From Malacoraja senta (taxonomy: Eukaryota): a stretch of 64,000 bases of DNA. Location: assembly GCA_038087875.1 (NCBI GenBank), contig CM075986.1:930001-994000 (forward strand). Reading direction: 5' to 3'. The notes beneath the pieces are model-generated. The model was not told where the DNA came from. It saw only the letters and a list, made by a program, of their open reading frames with translations, and made no database searches. Position numbers and translations under genes: made by a program. Position 1 is the stretch's first letter; each line of letters opens with the position of its first letter. Shown one piece after another: positions 23,722 through 36,994 of the stretch.

Positions 23722-24775
23722 AAGAAGGTCCTGCAGATGCTGGAAAATCTAAGGTAGACACAAATGGTGGAGAAACTCAGTGGGTGCGGCAGCATCTATG
23801 GAGCGAAGGAAATAGGCAATGTTTTGGGTCGAAATCCTTCTTCAGACTGATGTGAGGGTGGGGGCGGGAAGAGGAAAGGAAGAGGTGGAGCCAGTGGGCT
23901 GAGAGAGAGCTGAGAAGGGGAGGAGAAAGTAGGGACTACCTGAAATTAGAGGTCAATGTTCATATCGCTGGGGTGCAAACTGCCCAAGCGAAATATGAGG
24001 TGCTGCTCCTCCAATTTACGGTGGTCCTCGCTCTGGCCATGGAGGAGGCCCAGGACAGAAAGGTCGGATTCGGAATGGGAGGGGGAGTTGAAGTGCTGAG
24101 CCACCGGGAGATCAGATTGGTTATTGCGAACCGAGCGGAGGTGTTCGGCGAAGCGATCGCCAAGCCAACGCTTGTACACTTGTGGTAAATGTTACACTTG
24201 TCGCTTTACGTCCCCTCTTGTCTCCATTCAAGGACCCAAGCATTCTTTCCAGGTGCGGCAGAGGTTCACCTGCACCTCCTCCAACCTCATCTATTGCATC
24301 CGCTGCTCTAGATATCAGCTGTTCTACATCGGTGAGACCAAGCGTAGGCTTGGCGATCGCTTCGCCCAACACCTCCGCTCGGTTCGCAATAAACAACCTG
24401 ATCTCCCGGTGGCTCAGCACTTCAACTCCCCCTCCCATTCCGAATCTGACCTTTCTGTCCTGGGCCTCCTCCATGGCCAGAGTGAGGACCACCGTAAATT
24501 GGAGGAGCACCACCTTATATTTCGCTTGGGCAGTTTGCACCCCAGCAGTATGAACATTGACTTCTCCAATTTCAGGTAGTCCCTACTTTCTCCTCCCCTT
24601 CTCAGCTCTCTCTCAGCCCACTGGCTCCACCTCTTCCTTTCTTCTTCCCGCACCGCCCCCCCCCACCCACCCACCCACCCTGAAGAAGGGTTTTGACCCG
24701 AAACTTTGCCTATTTCCTTCGCTCCATAGATGCTGCCTCACCCGCTGAGTTTCTTTAGCATTTTTGTCTACCTTC
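23722..24775 (+). mobile_element. Penelope-like element 3' part (GIY-YIG) with inverted pLTR duplication
   Basis: CGKCYTC..NLIYCIRC..FYIGETKRRL..H..VAQHFN..LEE..L..MN. 23722-24171 is an inverted copy of 24338-24775. Hammerhead-like cores near 23815-23848 (-) and 24680-24708 (+). Approximate TSD CCCATAYAAG(C)TTT. Confidence 0.9.
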
Positions 24776-25308
24776 TTCCCATATAAGCTTTGTTTACAGC
24801 CCTGCCCTCATCAATTTTCTTGGTTGCTTTTTCAAAAAACACAGTCAAACTCGTGAGACATGATTTCCCATGCACAAAATCATGCTGACTATCCTGGATC
24901 ATTCCCTGTCCTTCCAAATGTATGTATATCCTCTCCTGTAATGATGATTCATTTATCTCAGTCAGGACTCCTGCAATTTCTTCTCCAGCTTCCTGTAGAG
25001 TTCTTGGATATATCTGATCAGGCCCAGGAGATGTATCTACTTTCACGTGTCTTTGGACATGCAGTACATCCTCGACTCTATTACATACTGTCCTCATGTC
25101 ATCACCATTAACTGTCCCAAGTTCCCTAATCTTATGTTAGCTTTTTGAGGGACCCTTTTCTCTCTCTAGTTACCCTTGTTCCCTTAATACAGGTGAAATC
25201 TCTTTGAATACACTTTAATCTTATCTGCCAGAGCTATCTGATTCCTTTTCTTTGCCCCCCTGATCAGTTTTTGAATTATGCTCCACAATCCCTTATATCC
25301 CTCTAGGG

Positions 25309-25826
25309 CAGGCACGTGCCATGAGTAATTACTCAAGGTAGGCACTAGGCAGTCAGTCGACTTTTAAAAATCGTAAAACTCCACACAGGCGCAGAAAAAC
25401 ATGAAAACCGCGCATGCGCAGATCGGTCCTGTGGTCAGTCAGTCGACTTTTAAAAAATCTTTTAAAACCGCGCATGCGCAGATTGGTCTCCTCTCCTGTG
25501 GGCATTTGCAGCACCTTGCGCACAGTCCACGGTGCAAAGGTAGGATTTCAGCTGCCTTTATTGCCCGTTGTAAGTGAAGGCTTGAAGCAGCGTCCACGGC
25601 ACGCGAGTTGAACATAGTTACGCGTATTACGCGTACTGCGGATGAAAGGCACGGGAGAATTATGCCTGCCTAAGATCGATTATTAAAATAATAACCATTT
25701 AATAATAAATACTGAATTTAGTAAATGAATTGGAAATCTTTACTATTTATATTTAATAATTACCTTTTTATAATGTTAGTCAGGGTAGACACTGCCTACC
25801 TTGCCTTACCTGAAGGCACGTGCCTG
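25309..25826. mobile_element. hAT (Charlie-like) MITE, 518 bp
   Basis: Perfect 12-bp TIR CAGGCACGTGCC and perfect 8-bp TSD CTCTAGGG (25301-25308, 25827-25834). Confidence 0.92.
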
Positions 25827-26479
25827 CTCTAGGGATATACTTAATCTCAGTTGCATATACCTGACCCATGCTCCTTCTTTTTCTGGACCAAACACTCATT
25901 TACTCCGGCCATCCAAGAATATTTATTTTGTTAAATCTAATTTCAAATTAAGCTTTCATCTATTCATATTAACTTTTGATGTATTTTATTACATTCATCG
26001 TTATACTGAACGATTGTCAATTTGATTTCATAATTTATGTTGCCTTCGGCCCGACATGTCCGCACCAACCATGATGTCAATCTAACTAATCCCACCATGG
26101 TCCATATCCCTCCAGTCCTATTTATTCATATATCTGTCTAAATGTATGTATTTATCCTTTTGGATTTCTAATGTTTTGCTGTGATAATGACACAATGCAT
26201 CTCTTCTCAATAAAACCACTGTGGTTTAGACTCATGCATCGGAGTGTATAGACCCATATCCCTGCGTCAATTCACTGCATTAAAGCATCATTTGCTTAAA
26301 AACATTGGCAAATTATCCTCTACATTTCAGCAGAATATTCATTTCTGAATGCAATTTAAGATCAAGAAAAGCTTTTAATTTTGTATTTGAATACAATGGA
26401 TTTTGCTTTTAAATCACCACTGAATTCAACAAGTCAGATCTAGGTTATTGTTCTGCACATTTTCAACTTTCAATGGTGC

Positions 26480-27000
26480 TCTATTGTCACGTGTGCACTG
26501 CACAGTGAATTTCTTTTTGCATAGATCACACATGTACAAGGTGCCAGATTTTAGCACCAATTCCAAAAAGTCTAAAGTCCGTTCCATGCGTTCGATGTAC
26601 TGGAGAGGCTCCTGATCCAGGTAAGCCCCAGGCTGCAGCAGAGCCTTCCTCCGTCATCATCAACCGGCTCGATCCACGAACCAACATCCTTATCCTCGCC
26701 CAACCGCCATTGTGCCGTGGAGGCGCCTCCTTCAGCCGACCTTGAAGACGCTGGAGGCAATTGCCCGGTCCTAACACCCCACTCATTGCATCCATTGTTA
26801 CTAGTAGCACCCTCCTCCTCAGCTCTCCGATCTTCGGGACCAAGCTTGGCGGCTTCTGAGCTTCCCTCCTGCGGGCCGCTTCCACCAGGTCTTTACCCGC
26901 GGCAGCGAACCACGGGCTGCCGGGTCTTTCTTCGTCCAGCTCCGTGCAGCATCCCGGGAGCCTTCTGCCGCCATGCGGCATATACGGAGAGCTTTTGTAT
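26480..27000 (-). mobile_element. GC-rich non-coding element with Rex1-like 3' end
   Basis: Reverse strand ends ..AATTCACTGTGCAGTGCACACGTGACAATA, resembling the Rex1 tails at 62395 and 55485. Confidence 0.45.
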
Positions 27001-27974
27001 TGCCTTTTGTGATTTCCAACTTGCACATTGACATGCACAACTTTGCGTCCCTACAGTGCAATGCACGAGTGGGAAAGGCATAAAAGTGCTGGTGAGTGTG
27101 ATTTCCTGTTCCACTGTTGCATTCACAATTGAGTCCAGCGGAGATTCTGTGTGGTGCTGGAAGCACTTCACACCTGCCCCCCAACTCTGTAGAAGCCTTC
27201 AAAGGCCAGTGGAGTGGTCCGTAGGCACAGTCACCTGAGATCTGGTCGCCAGTAATACAAATACAAAACATATATAGACAATAACACTGTCAAGGTACTT
27301 GTTAACAATATTAACTGTAACCTACCAAGCAACCAACCAGCTTTGAACAGATTAAGATTTATTTCTCTCAGCCATACTAACCATTCTGCAACATCACCCA
27401 AAGTTTGCTGTTTACTCCCTACTGTAAAAATGTCATAGATTCCCCTTATGAATCTCGACATAGGTCAAGCTTCTAAAAATTGACATTCAAATACATTCCA
27501 CTTTGGTTAATATAATAGAATACAAGTATTTTGATCTCAGTGATATTTCTGTGAAGGACAGCTTGCCCTTTGCCAGACTGGGTTATTTTGATAAGTCTGC
27601 AATCAATGTAAAGGTGGCTTCAGGCAGAACTCATGTGAGAGCAAATATTCCAGCAGTGACATTGTTTACCCAGGAGGATATGGCTACTATCAGGAAAAAA
27701 AATGTTTAATGCAAAGGACCCTGGATCACAATATAGACAGAGATGCACAAACCTGTCACACTGGATAGCTCACTGCTGCAGCCATTCCCACAATGTACCA
27801 CAAGGCCTCGGGTGATGTTACCCGAAGCTCTGCCCCGGATCACCCTGATGGCCTTTCAACAGCTTGTGCTGTCAGGCATTGTCAAATGTCTGCAGTGACC
27901 AGAGTTATTTAAAATCAATTGAAACAGGCTGAGATCATTCAAACGTCATAAATCACAATTGTATTTAAAATCAG

Positions 27975-28600
27975 CCTGGGCGGGTGGGGCCTCGGTGGCG
28001 GTGAAGTCTCACAGCGGCGATGGTGAAGCCTAGCGGGTTGCTCTGCAGTCAGCATTTAATGAGAGCGTGCGGGAACCGCCTTGAGGGGGGGAGGGGAAGA
28101 ACAATGGACAATGGGGATGGAGGGGTGTGAGAGGGAGAACAATGGACAATGGGGTGTGAGGGGGTGAGGTGGAAGCACAATGGACAATGGGGACCCGGTG
28201 TGGGGGAACCGCTGTGGGGGATGGGGGAGAGAACAAAGGAGGAGCCAGTGTACTTTGTAACTTTGTCAGTGCCTTAAGGGCCTGTCCCACTTGGCAATTT
28301 TTTTGGCGACTGCCGGCATAATTGACTGACATATCAGGTCACTGAAAAATTTGCGGCGGAGACGCGGCGTGATGACATTTGATGCGCGGTGTTTTTTCAA
28401 GTGTCGCAACATTTTTTTGTCGCCGCTGAATTTTGAAATGTTCAAAATCTTTTGGCGACATTGATATGACGCTGGCAGTCGCCGAAAAAATCGCCAAGTG
28501 GGACAAGCCCTTTAGGCAGCCGCTATTTGCATGCCTTGGGTATGCAAGCCAAGAATTTCACTGAATTTTGTCACGTGACAATTAAGTATTCCATTCCATC
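27975..28600 (+). mobile_element. GC-rich non-coding element with Rex1-like 3' end, interrupted by a MITE
   Basis: Ends AATTTCACTG..GTCACGTGACAATTAAGTATTCCATTCC. Internal repeats AACAATGGACAATGGGG. Confidence 0.45.
28277..28511. mobile_element. PIF/Harbinger-type MITE
   Basis: TIR AGGGCCTGTCCCACTTGGC / GCCAAGTGGGACAAGCCCT with TTA TSD on both sides. Confidence 0.85.
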
Positions 28601-29242
28601 CTTTACCAGATATAAATGAATTCAAAACATTAACATTCATTTAAAATATAACCTACCCCACACTTAACTTGTCACTCCAAGTTAGAGACCCCATACAAAA
28701 ATATCCGCCCTTCAGCTCGTTTCTGTGACTGCTTTCACTCAAGATTCAGTGATCAGTACAATGGCAAAACAGGTCAGATGTACCATCATCTGCTCTCACT
28801 ATGTTCCCAGTTTCTGCACTGAGGTCGGATGTTAGGAACGTTCGCAACTGCAAAGAGGATCTTGTCAGCAATTTCCTTCTGAACCACTAGTGATTCTCTC
28901 CAAAAGAATTTCAGACTAATATTTTTTTGCATTCAGTTTTATGAAGCTTGCACCTTATGAAAATTCACATAAAACCCGGAATAAATTCCCACACTAGCGG
29001 GCTGGGCTTCCCTGTGATATCCAGGCCCTTCAACTTATTCTCTTTGGTGCTACAGTGAATAAAGGATATGTCTAATTGTGGAAAAAAGGATGAGTGTCAT
29101 TTTACTATTTAAATCACTAGCGAAGATCTCGGCTCTGAAAGTCCATGATTCAAGTAAATACAAAGTTTGAACGCTTACATGTTGAGGATTCCCAGATCAA
29201 GCTTCCACTGCCCGAATCTCTCTGGTGCTATTCTGGAGATCT

Positions 29243-32200
29243 ATTTTACTTCGGAGTCACGTGAGTGACTACGTGAAGGCCGTCAGCTCGCATGCGCGTC
29301 ATTACGTCTAACGCATGGCACGCGACTAGCTGGCAGGCGCGCTGCTCCTCCAGCGGTAGGCCTCAAACCTGAAGGTAAGTTTTAAACTTATTTTTCAGGT
29401 TGTGTTTTACCTGGCAGGAAGCTCTCTACAGAGTTCCTGCTGGATGTCGTTCCGGGGGATTCCTGACTCCGTGGGGACAACCCGGCTGCGGAGAACGCGG
29501 GAAAATCCTGGCTCTGCAAGAGGAACCTAGCTCTGGGAAACCCGGAAGCGGAGGCCACGGGAAATCCCGGCTCCGCGAAGTAAAACTCGGCTCGGGGGAA
29601 ACCCGGCCATGGTAACCACCGGCTGCGGGAGCCACGGGGAATCCAGGCTCCATGGGAAATACCGGCTCGGCAGGCCGGTTAAACTTCAATCTAGTCCGGC
29701 CAGCAGGATTCACCTCCTGCAGTGGGAGTGTCTTCGGACGTTTTCTTTGCCGGATAGAGCATCTCATGGGGAGATGCTCCATCTGATACTCCAAACAGGG
29801 AGTAATATCAGCACGGGTTTCGGGGGCCCACGGCAGCGCCTGGTACAGGGCTGCAATATATCTCCCTCTCTGAGGAGGGGAGCTAGGCAGTCGCAGTTTG
29901 ATGGTATGTCGTGAGGGAATTTTCCACGACACGCCAGCTGTGTGACACCTGCAGCAGCGCCTGTTGCAGGGCTGCATTATATCTCCTTCTCTGAGGAGAG
30001 GAGCGTAGGCAGTCAGTGTATAACTGACTCCAAATTCAGAAGTATGTCCGTGAAACATACTGGAGTGCATGCGTGAGGTCAGAATTCTGTTATGACATTA
30101 AGGGAAAGTTGGCTTCCAGTCTATGGCAGAAAACCTGGAGCTTGGTAAGCATCTATGACCTCACGTCACATCATTAGGAGCGCGAGGCCAGCAATGTCCA
30201 GCCGCCGAATCTTCTCCTTGGAGAAGACCAAGCCAGGCAAGAAACCTGGATGAGGTAGTGAAGCGGTCGGACCAATCAAGGTACCTACGATGAGCAAAAG
30301 CCTCACCGTTTGCGGCGACAACACCCCGACGCCTCCATCGGCAGTAAGTGCTTCACTGAAGCTGGTGGCAGCTTGAAAGCTGATCCTCTGGGCAGAGGTC
30401 TTTTAGGCCAATGCCCAAGCCAACCCTGAGGGTAAATGTGCAATCCACACACCCCAGCAGTCCTATCCTCCATATTCAAGGATGTAATCATAATCTGAGG
30501 ACAGAAACAGAACTCACACGGGGTATGTGGACTAGTTATGTGTGGTAACAGTTTACACTGTTTTGCACGAATGTCGAGATATTGCGTTACCCTTGATTAA
30601 CTCACATTCACATGTGCCTGAAGCAACGCCTGGTTCAGGGTTGCCATTCCTCCCACTCGGTTGAACGCAGTGATGGAGATAGTGCTAAAATACATGCACA
30701 CATGCCTGAGGCAGCTCCTGGTTCAGGTTGCATAAGTCCTCTCATTCGGATGTATGAAGGATAAAGATGGAGCCATATTAAGACCATGGGAGATGGTGTC
30801 ACAAACATGCTTGGTACAAAGGCATGCATAGACAAATTATGACACCTGGTTCAGGTGCAAATACTCCCACTCTAAAAAGAGTGTCTAAGGTTAGTATGGA
30901 TTAACTCCAAACAGGAACCCGAATATGACTATGTGCCGGGGTCCCATGCTTAATGCATAATGCACAATCACAAGAGGGAAAGTGGTGTGCTTTGCCTCTA
31001 AAATTGCTGCTCTGTCAGAGACGGACTAGCCACTACAAGAAAAGTTGGTCAGCAGCATCAGCGATCTTATGGAAATTACAACATGGACAGAGTCTGCGAA
31101 TAAAATTTAGCTGGAACTCCAGCAAAGGTAAGGAGACCTGGAGTTAGAGACACTGGTAAGTAGGTCTCATTATTCACCTCCATGAAAGTTCACTATGGTG
31201 GACGAACAGTATTCAGCATTGCTCCACTAACTTTCGTCAGAAAACCTTCACTTATATTACAAACTGATGTTAGTGCTCAAAGATGGGAAATTACTAATAC
31301 CATCTCTAGTTACAGAGGTGATGGGATTTGCATGAGTTACCAATTCTTCAGTTATATGGTATCAACTACCTATAGTAGTTGATACCATAGTCTTACAACA
31401 CCCCTGTAAAGACTATTCCTGCGGCTCGGATTGTGAGGCCGAACCATGGACGTGCTCACTGCAGATTGCAGGGAAGCTGCGACTAGACAGGATGGTTACA
31501 TCTGCAGAAAAAAATAACAATTTATGTTCATGGCTTAGTCAAGCGGAGCGAACCAGGGGCATCAGGTCTCAAACTAAATTTTGGACATGCCCCATGGACC
31601 TTCGGTTGTGTGTGGTCACATCTACTACAATACGTGAAGGTCACTAGAGCCTTAGGGGCACTGATCTAGCAATGTTTGTTAGTTACAAAACCTCATAAGA
31701 AGGTATCAGTACAGACCATCTCCAGGTGGTTAAACGAGTTCTGGCTTGTGCAGGAGTGAACTCTAACATTTTCAAATATCACTCCACCAGGGCTGCAATA
31801 GTTTTCAGCAGCAGGGTTATGGACGTTCCACTGTATCACATCCTAGGTACTGCAGGATGGTCAAACGAACGATCTTTCAAACATTTTATAACAAACCCAT
31901 TGCCAGACCAGGGGTATTTGCCAACTCTATTTTTTAGTTCTGTTTATAGATTCCTCCCGGATGAGAGGGGTTACTATTGTCATTTTGTTCATTAAAAAGC
32001 ATCAGCATGTCTAAATCTATGTCATGTCTGATAGCAATATTAATGTTCACTCATCCTTGGTCAATTGATGCAGTGAGTGATGCATGGACTTGTTCCACGG
32101 CATGAAATCACAGAGCTTCAAAATCTTCACGTGGTCACTCACGTGACTCCGAAGTAAAATAGTAAGATTAAACGAGAACTTACCAGTTTGAAGTTTGATC

Positions 32201-32456
32201 TTTATTTTATGAGGAGTTATGTTGAGGGATTACGTGCCCTCCGCTCACAACCCTCTCTCATAAAGATCAGCTGGTAGTTCTAGTTTCTCGAATCTTACTA
32301 TATTCAGTTCATCAACTGTTATCTGTGATTTCACACCGCTGCTTTGAAGATTGATGCGCATGCGGGCTGACGGCCTTCACGTAATCCCTCAACGTAACTC
32401 CTCATAAAATAAAGATCAAACTTCAAACTGGTAAGTTCTCGTTTAATCTTACTATT
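29243..32456 (+). mobile_element. DIRS1-like element copy C, internally deleted, with complete ITRs and ICR
   Basis: ATT-TTACTTCGGAG start, YR remnant (HSTRAA..GTAGWS), ICR at 32124-32238, and TCTTACT-ATT end. The 5' and 3' ITRs match each other (GAAGGCCGTCAGC.CGCATGCGC). Confidence 0.92.
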
Positions 32457-32659
32457 ATGCACTATATGGATGAGCAATTACCATGAGCTCAACCCTGTCC
32501 AGCAGGAGGAGGAGGGGCAACAAAGGAGGACTATGAATGGGAGAAGGAAGTTAACAAGAAGAAATGAACACAAAGACACCAGAAGCTATTGATGTTGGAA
32601 CCTGGAACAAGATAAGCCCAACTGCTGGAGGAACTCAGTGGCTCAACCAGCATCTTTTA

Positions 32660-32958
32660 GACTTTAGACAATAGAGATACAGAGCAGAAACAGGCCATTT
32701 GGCCCACTGAGACCGAGTCGACCAGAGATCATCCTGCACATGAACACTATTCTACACACTAGGGACAATTTACAATTTTTACAGAAGCCAATTAAAAACC
32801 CACTACAAACCTGCAGGTCTTTGGAGTGTGGGGGAAAACCGGAGTACCCAGAGACAGGCAGAATGTACAAACCCATACAGATGGCACCCGGTCAGGATCA
32901 AACCCGTGTCTATGGCGCTGTAAGGCAGCAACTCTACCGCTGCGCTATTGTGCCACCC
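32660..32958 (-). mobile_element. HE1-like V-SINE
   Basis: Same family as 8417-8756 (tRNA head, V-domain, CR1-like tail). Confidence 0.85.
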
Positions 32959-33714
32959 AAAGTCCTGCATCAGTGAGTTCTGAGTTCCTTCAGTGGAAAG
33001 GAGTATCAAGATCCCTTCTCTGACCAGACAATCACAAGAAAGCTTGGCAGAATTTTCTTTCAATGTAAACAATCCCAAATCCCTATTCCTCACCATTTCC
33101 TATCTTTACTAACTCTCTGCAGCTGTACATCACAAAACAAAATCCTGCTCCACCAGTGAGAACCAATCATGACAAAAGCATAGATTCATTCGCCAGTTCA
33201 TCACCCGAGAACCTGCCTAATCTCATAAAGGATGCTCCCTTTGTGACAGCAGCCTGTCTTAGGCAAGGTCAATGGCCTTCAGTGGTGGAACTGCAGATGA
33301 GCCCAGAGGCTGACCTTCAGTAGCACCTTCCGCCTGAGTGCCAGAGGACTGGATCAGCTGGTTTACAGGCAAGGAAAAGGGCTCTGGCAGAAGGCTACTG
33401 ATTAAATTAGAAAATCTGATTTCCTGAGAAAAATAGATTTCTGTTCACAGAGCTGCAAGGCTCAGCAAGCATGCTAATATGTTGAAATCAGATTGGCGGA
33501 ATGTCATGCTAACCTTTAAACCTTTTTTAACATCGGTATCCAGATTTATACTTGACAACAGCTGAAGCTTCTAGTTAGCACCCTGTCTCTGAGTGGCTGC
33601 TCCTTGCAATGCAAAGGCACCTGAGACCATGACTATTAAGTGCTGCAGTGAGGTCTGCCTTGAATTAAGCTGATTGCACTTACTCACTGAATAGATGTGC
33701 ATCCCTGTATACCT

Positions 33715-33982
33715 TCATTATAACCATTTCCCAGCCAACAATGGGTAATTGTGGGCTCAACCTTTCCTTGGTCATCTGTTGCCAGCCCTGATTTGTTCTG
33801 GCCTCCTCCCCTCCAGTTCCCACCCCATCCCCCCCCCCACCTCCCTTCTATTTTCAGTCTGAAAAATGTGACCTGAAATGTCACACCCTTTTTCTCCAGA
33901 GATGCTGCCTGACCCGCTGAATTACTCCAGCACTTTGTGTCTATCTTCGGTTTAAATCAGCATCTGCAGTTCCTTCCTACAC
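33715..33982 (+). mobile_element. Penelope 3' UTR fragment with degenerate hammerhead core and tail
   Basis: CAGTCTGAAAA..GACCTGAAATGTCAC..GAGATGCTGCCTGACCCGCTG..GCATCTGCAGTTCCTT. Confidence 0.65.
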
Positions 33983-34067
33983 TGATAGCACTTCTATTCC
34001 AGAAAGAAATTGGGCTCCAAAGCATTGCATATGATGGGTGCTGGAACCCATGCTCTCATGTATTCTT

Positions 34068-35536
34068 TTCTTTTTTTTAAATCAAAAAATGTATTCAATT
34101 ATTAAAAAATAATATTTACACTACAATGAAACAAGCCAGAACTCACCACCATAATAAAATACAAACATATATCCATAATAAACTACTATACAACTATGAT
34201 ACAATCCTTATTGAGGATACATTCAACACCCTGCGGAGCCCAGCTGTCCCGGAACTCCCTCAGGGTGCCCGTGGACAGGGCGTGTTCCCCTTCTAACCGC
34301 ACCCGGGCTCGGGTAGAGCCCTCCACCGCCTGGCGCCTTGACTCGCGGATGGCCAGCTTGGCCAGGCCCAGGAGCAATCCAACCAGGACATCTTCAGCCC
34401 TACCCTCTCCCCTACGCACAGGGTGTCCAAAGATGAGGATGGTGGGTGAGAAATGCAGCCAGAAGGCAAGGAGCAGCCCCTTTAGGTATTCAAACAGTGG
34501 CTGCAGCCTCACGTACTCCATGTACACGTGGTACACAGACTCTTCCAGCCCGCAAAAGTGGCAGGCGGCTGGCGAGTCTGTGAACCGCGAGAGAAACAGG
34601 TTGCAGGGAACACCTCGGTGCAATACCCTCCACCCCAGGTCCCCCATGTAGAGGGGGAGATTCCCTGCATAGAGGGACCCCCACCAGACCCCCCCCCATC
34701 GCGATCGGAAGGCAACACCGACCGCCAGGGTGTCCGGAAGGTGGACCAGGGCGAGGAAGTGCAGGATGTGGAGGAGGAGCCCGTACAGGGCACGCCTCCC
34801 TGCGTCTCGGAGGGAGATGAAGGGTGTCGAGGAAAGGCGGCTCAAATTGTGTGGGACCGGCTCCCGGGATGGATTACGGCGCCTGGGTCCGAAACGTGCT
34901 TCGCCAGCACGTGCCACCTGGGAGGATGCCCTGAGTGCAGGTATCTCTGCAAGGTCCTGAGGCGGAGAGACGCCAACTTGGTGCGAATGCACACCAGCGA
35001 CTGACCGCCCTCCTCGTTCGGGAGACTCAGGACCGCTGCAGAGACCCAGTGCTTCCCGTTGCCCCAGAAGAAGTCCACCAACTTCTTCTGGATGATCCCG
35101 GCAAAGGTGGCTGATGGGACCAATGTGGTCAATCTGTACCAGATCATGGAGGCCACAAGTTGGTTAATGACCAACACCCTGCATCGGTAGGAAAGCACTC
35201 TGAGGAGACCCGCCCAGCGCCCCAGCCGGGTGACGACTTTCATCTCCAGCTCCTGCCAGTTCGCCAGCCAGGTCTCCGCACCGGGACTCAGGTAGACTCC
35301 CAGGTAGAGGAGGTGCGTGGCACTCCATGTGAAAGACCTCATCTCTGGGAGGGAGTCCACCTGCCAGGGACCCACCAAGAGACCAGAACATTTCCCCCAG
35401 TTGATCCTGGCAGAGGAGGCGGCCGAGAAGACTCGTTGGCACTCACGCATCCTCTGCAGGTCGACGGGGTCGGTGACCATGAGGAGCACGTCATCGGCGT
35501 AGACCGAGAGGACCACCTCCATGTCCGGCTCGTGTA
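34068..35536 (-). mobile_element. Tx1-clade LINE 3' fragment
   Basis: SVYADDV..SSARINWGKC..YLGV..RVLVINQLVASMIWY and CHFC..H..E. A-tail at ~34068-34078. Diverged ~24-bp TSD GAACC..ATGC..CTCATGTATTCTT (34044-34067, 35537-35560). Confidence 0.88.
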
Positions 35537-35852
35537 GAACCATGCAACTCATGTATTCTTCTTGGCAGGGCAGTCCATTCATCATTTATTTAATTGAGCC
35601 TGGTCATCAGCCTTCTTCAAATAAGATGATCCATCAGTCCTCTGTACTAGAGCTTGTGTTGATTTTTCCTTTGGGCGATCTCTTCAACCTGCTCAGGCCA
35701 GATTTTAATGCTCAGTGTCTCAGGGTACAGATGCTGCCTCTGAACTAATCTCCAAGGTAAGCAAAGTGTCAGAATGTGAGCTTTGACTGTGTCATAGGTG
35801 ATCATCTTGACTTGCTCGCTGCTCAGCCATTGCAGCTCAGTTTGAGTATGCA

Positions 35853-36070
35853 GGAAGGATCTGCAAATGCTGGTTTACACCGAAGATAGAGACAAAATGC
35901 TGGAGTAACTCAGTGGTCAGGCAGCATCTCTGGCGAAAAGGAATAGGTGACATTTCGGGTTAAAACCCTTCTTCAGATTTGTCTGAAGGGTTGACCCAAA
36001 ACGTCACCTATGGCTTTTCTCCAAAGACGCAGCCTGACCCACTGAGTTACTCCAACATTTTGTGTCTATG
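35853..36070 (+). mobile_element. Palindromic Penelope-derived element with two opposed hammerhead cores
   Basis: Inverted arms; GACATTTCGGG..CCCTTCTTCAGA on one side and TCTGAAGGGTTGACCCAAAACGTC on the other. Confidence 0.8.
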
Positions 36071-36994
36071 TTTGGATACTTGAGTGTCTGAAAGAATAAG
36101 GGCCCAAGGGTATGGTTATGCAGAGGAGAGGAAAGGACACTGAGATGTACTCAAAACTCAAAAGGGATAGTGGGAGGAAAGAAAATAGGTTGTGAGACAG
36201 AGGATTAGGTGCATGCATGCTGTCTTCTTTAATGTCCTGAACTCCAAGAATCTCTAAAGCAACGCAGAAGTGAAAATGTTACTGGAGTGCTCATTGTTGA
36301 AGTTATCAATGTATGTGATGGAAGGATTGACTAATAATGGAGGCATGGCATGAAACAGAAAAATACTCAGCAGGACATGTTGCTGCTGTGGAAAAAGATG
36401 CAGTGTTAAAGTTTCACCTCAAAAACCCTTCATTAGAATTCTTTCTACAGATGATTCTAGTTCTGTTTAGTGTTTCTACCAATTGCTGTTTTAATTTCCA
36501 GCATCTGTAGTTTTTAATTTATTTTCCCCATCTCAGTCCTAAACAGAATGCGAATGTGACACTGTTAAAATGTATTAGCAATGCAGTTATTTAATCCATT
36601 AAAATCTTAATGTTGAACATTTACTTGAAAAATGTGCAAAATAAAATAAATGTATTTAAAGTAAAATCGAAACAAAAAGTGTTCTTTAATGACTATCCAT
36701 GCTCATTCAGCAAACTGTGCTGTAATTGGTGAAAGAAATCATACAGAGACAGCTTCAACCATGATTAAAGCAGAACTGAGAGGAAACAAGTCATCCCCAA
36801 CTCCAAGAAACTATGTAAGTAGAATTCAATATCTGAAAAAGGTCACCCATAAAGGAGAGATTTCATTCAATCACTGATGCAGCAGGTTGTTAGAGCCGAC
36901 ACATCTGCTGAAAGATCCTTTAATAGGCCAGTAATGAAACATGACTGCAGATATAGACTGACCATTAACTTCCGTAAATTAAGTACACTCATAC

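Larger units (their letters stand above)
20075..25915 (-). mobile_element. Old CR1 ORF2 remnant split by Rex1, Penelope and hAT-MITE insertions
   Basis: Colinear RT pieces at 20075-20280, 23633-23721, 24776-25300 and ~25835-25915 (FDKIPYGSL; SQHDFVHGKSCLT; SPGPDQIYPRTL). Confidence 0.75.

Noticed and set aside
35700-35762. Plus-strand exon ending at AAG|GTAAGC
   Set aside because: No convincing acceptor or recognisable peptide.
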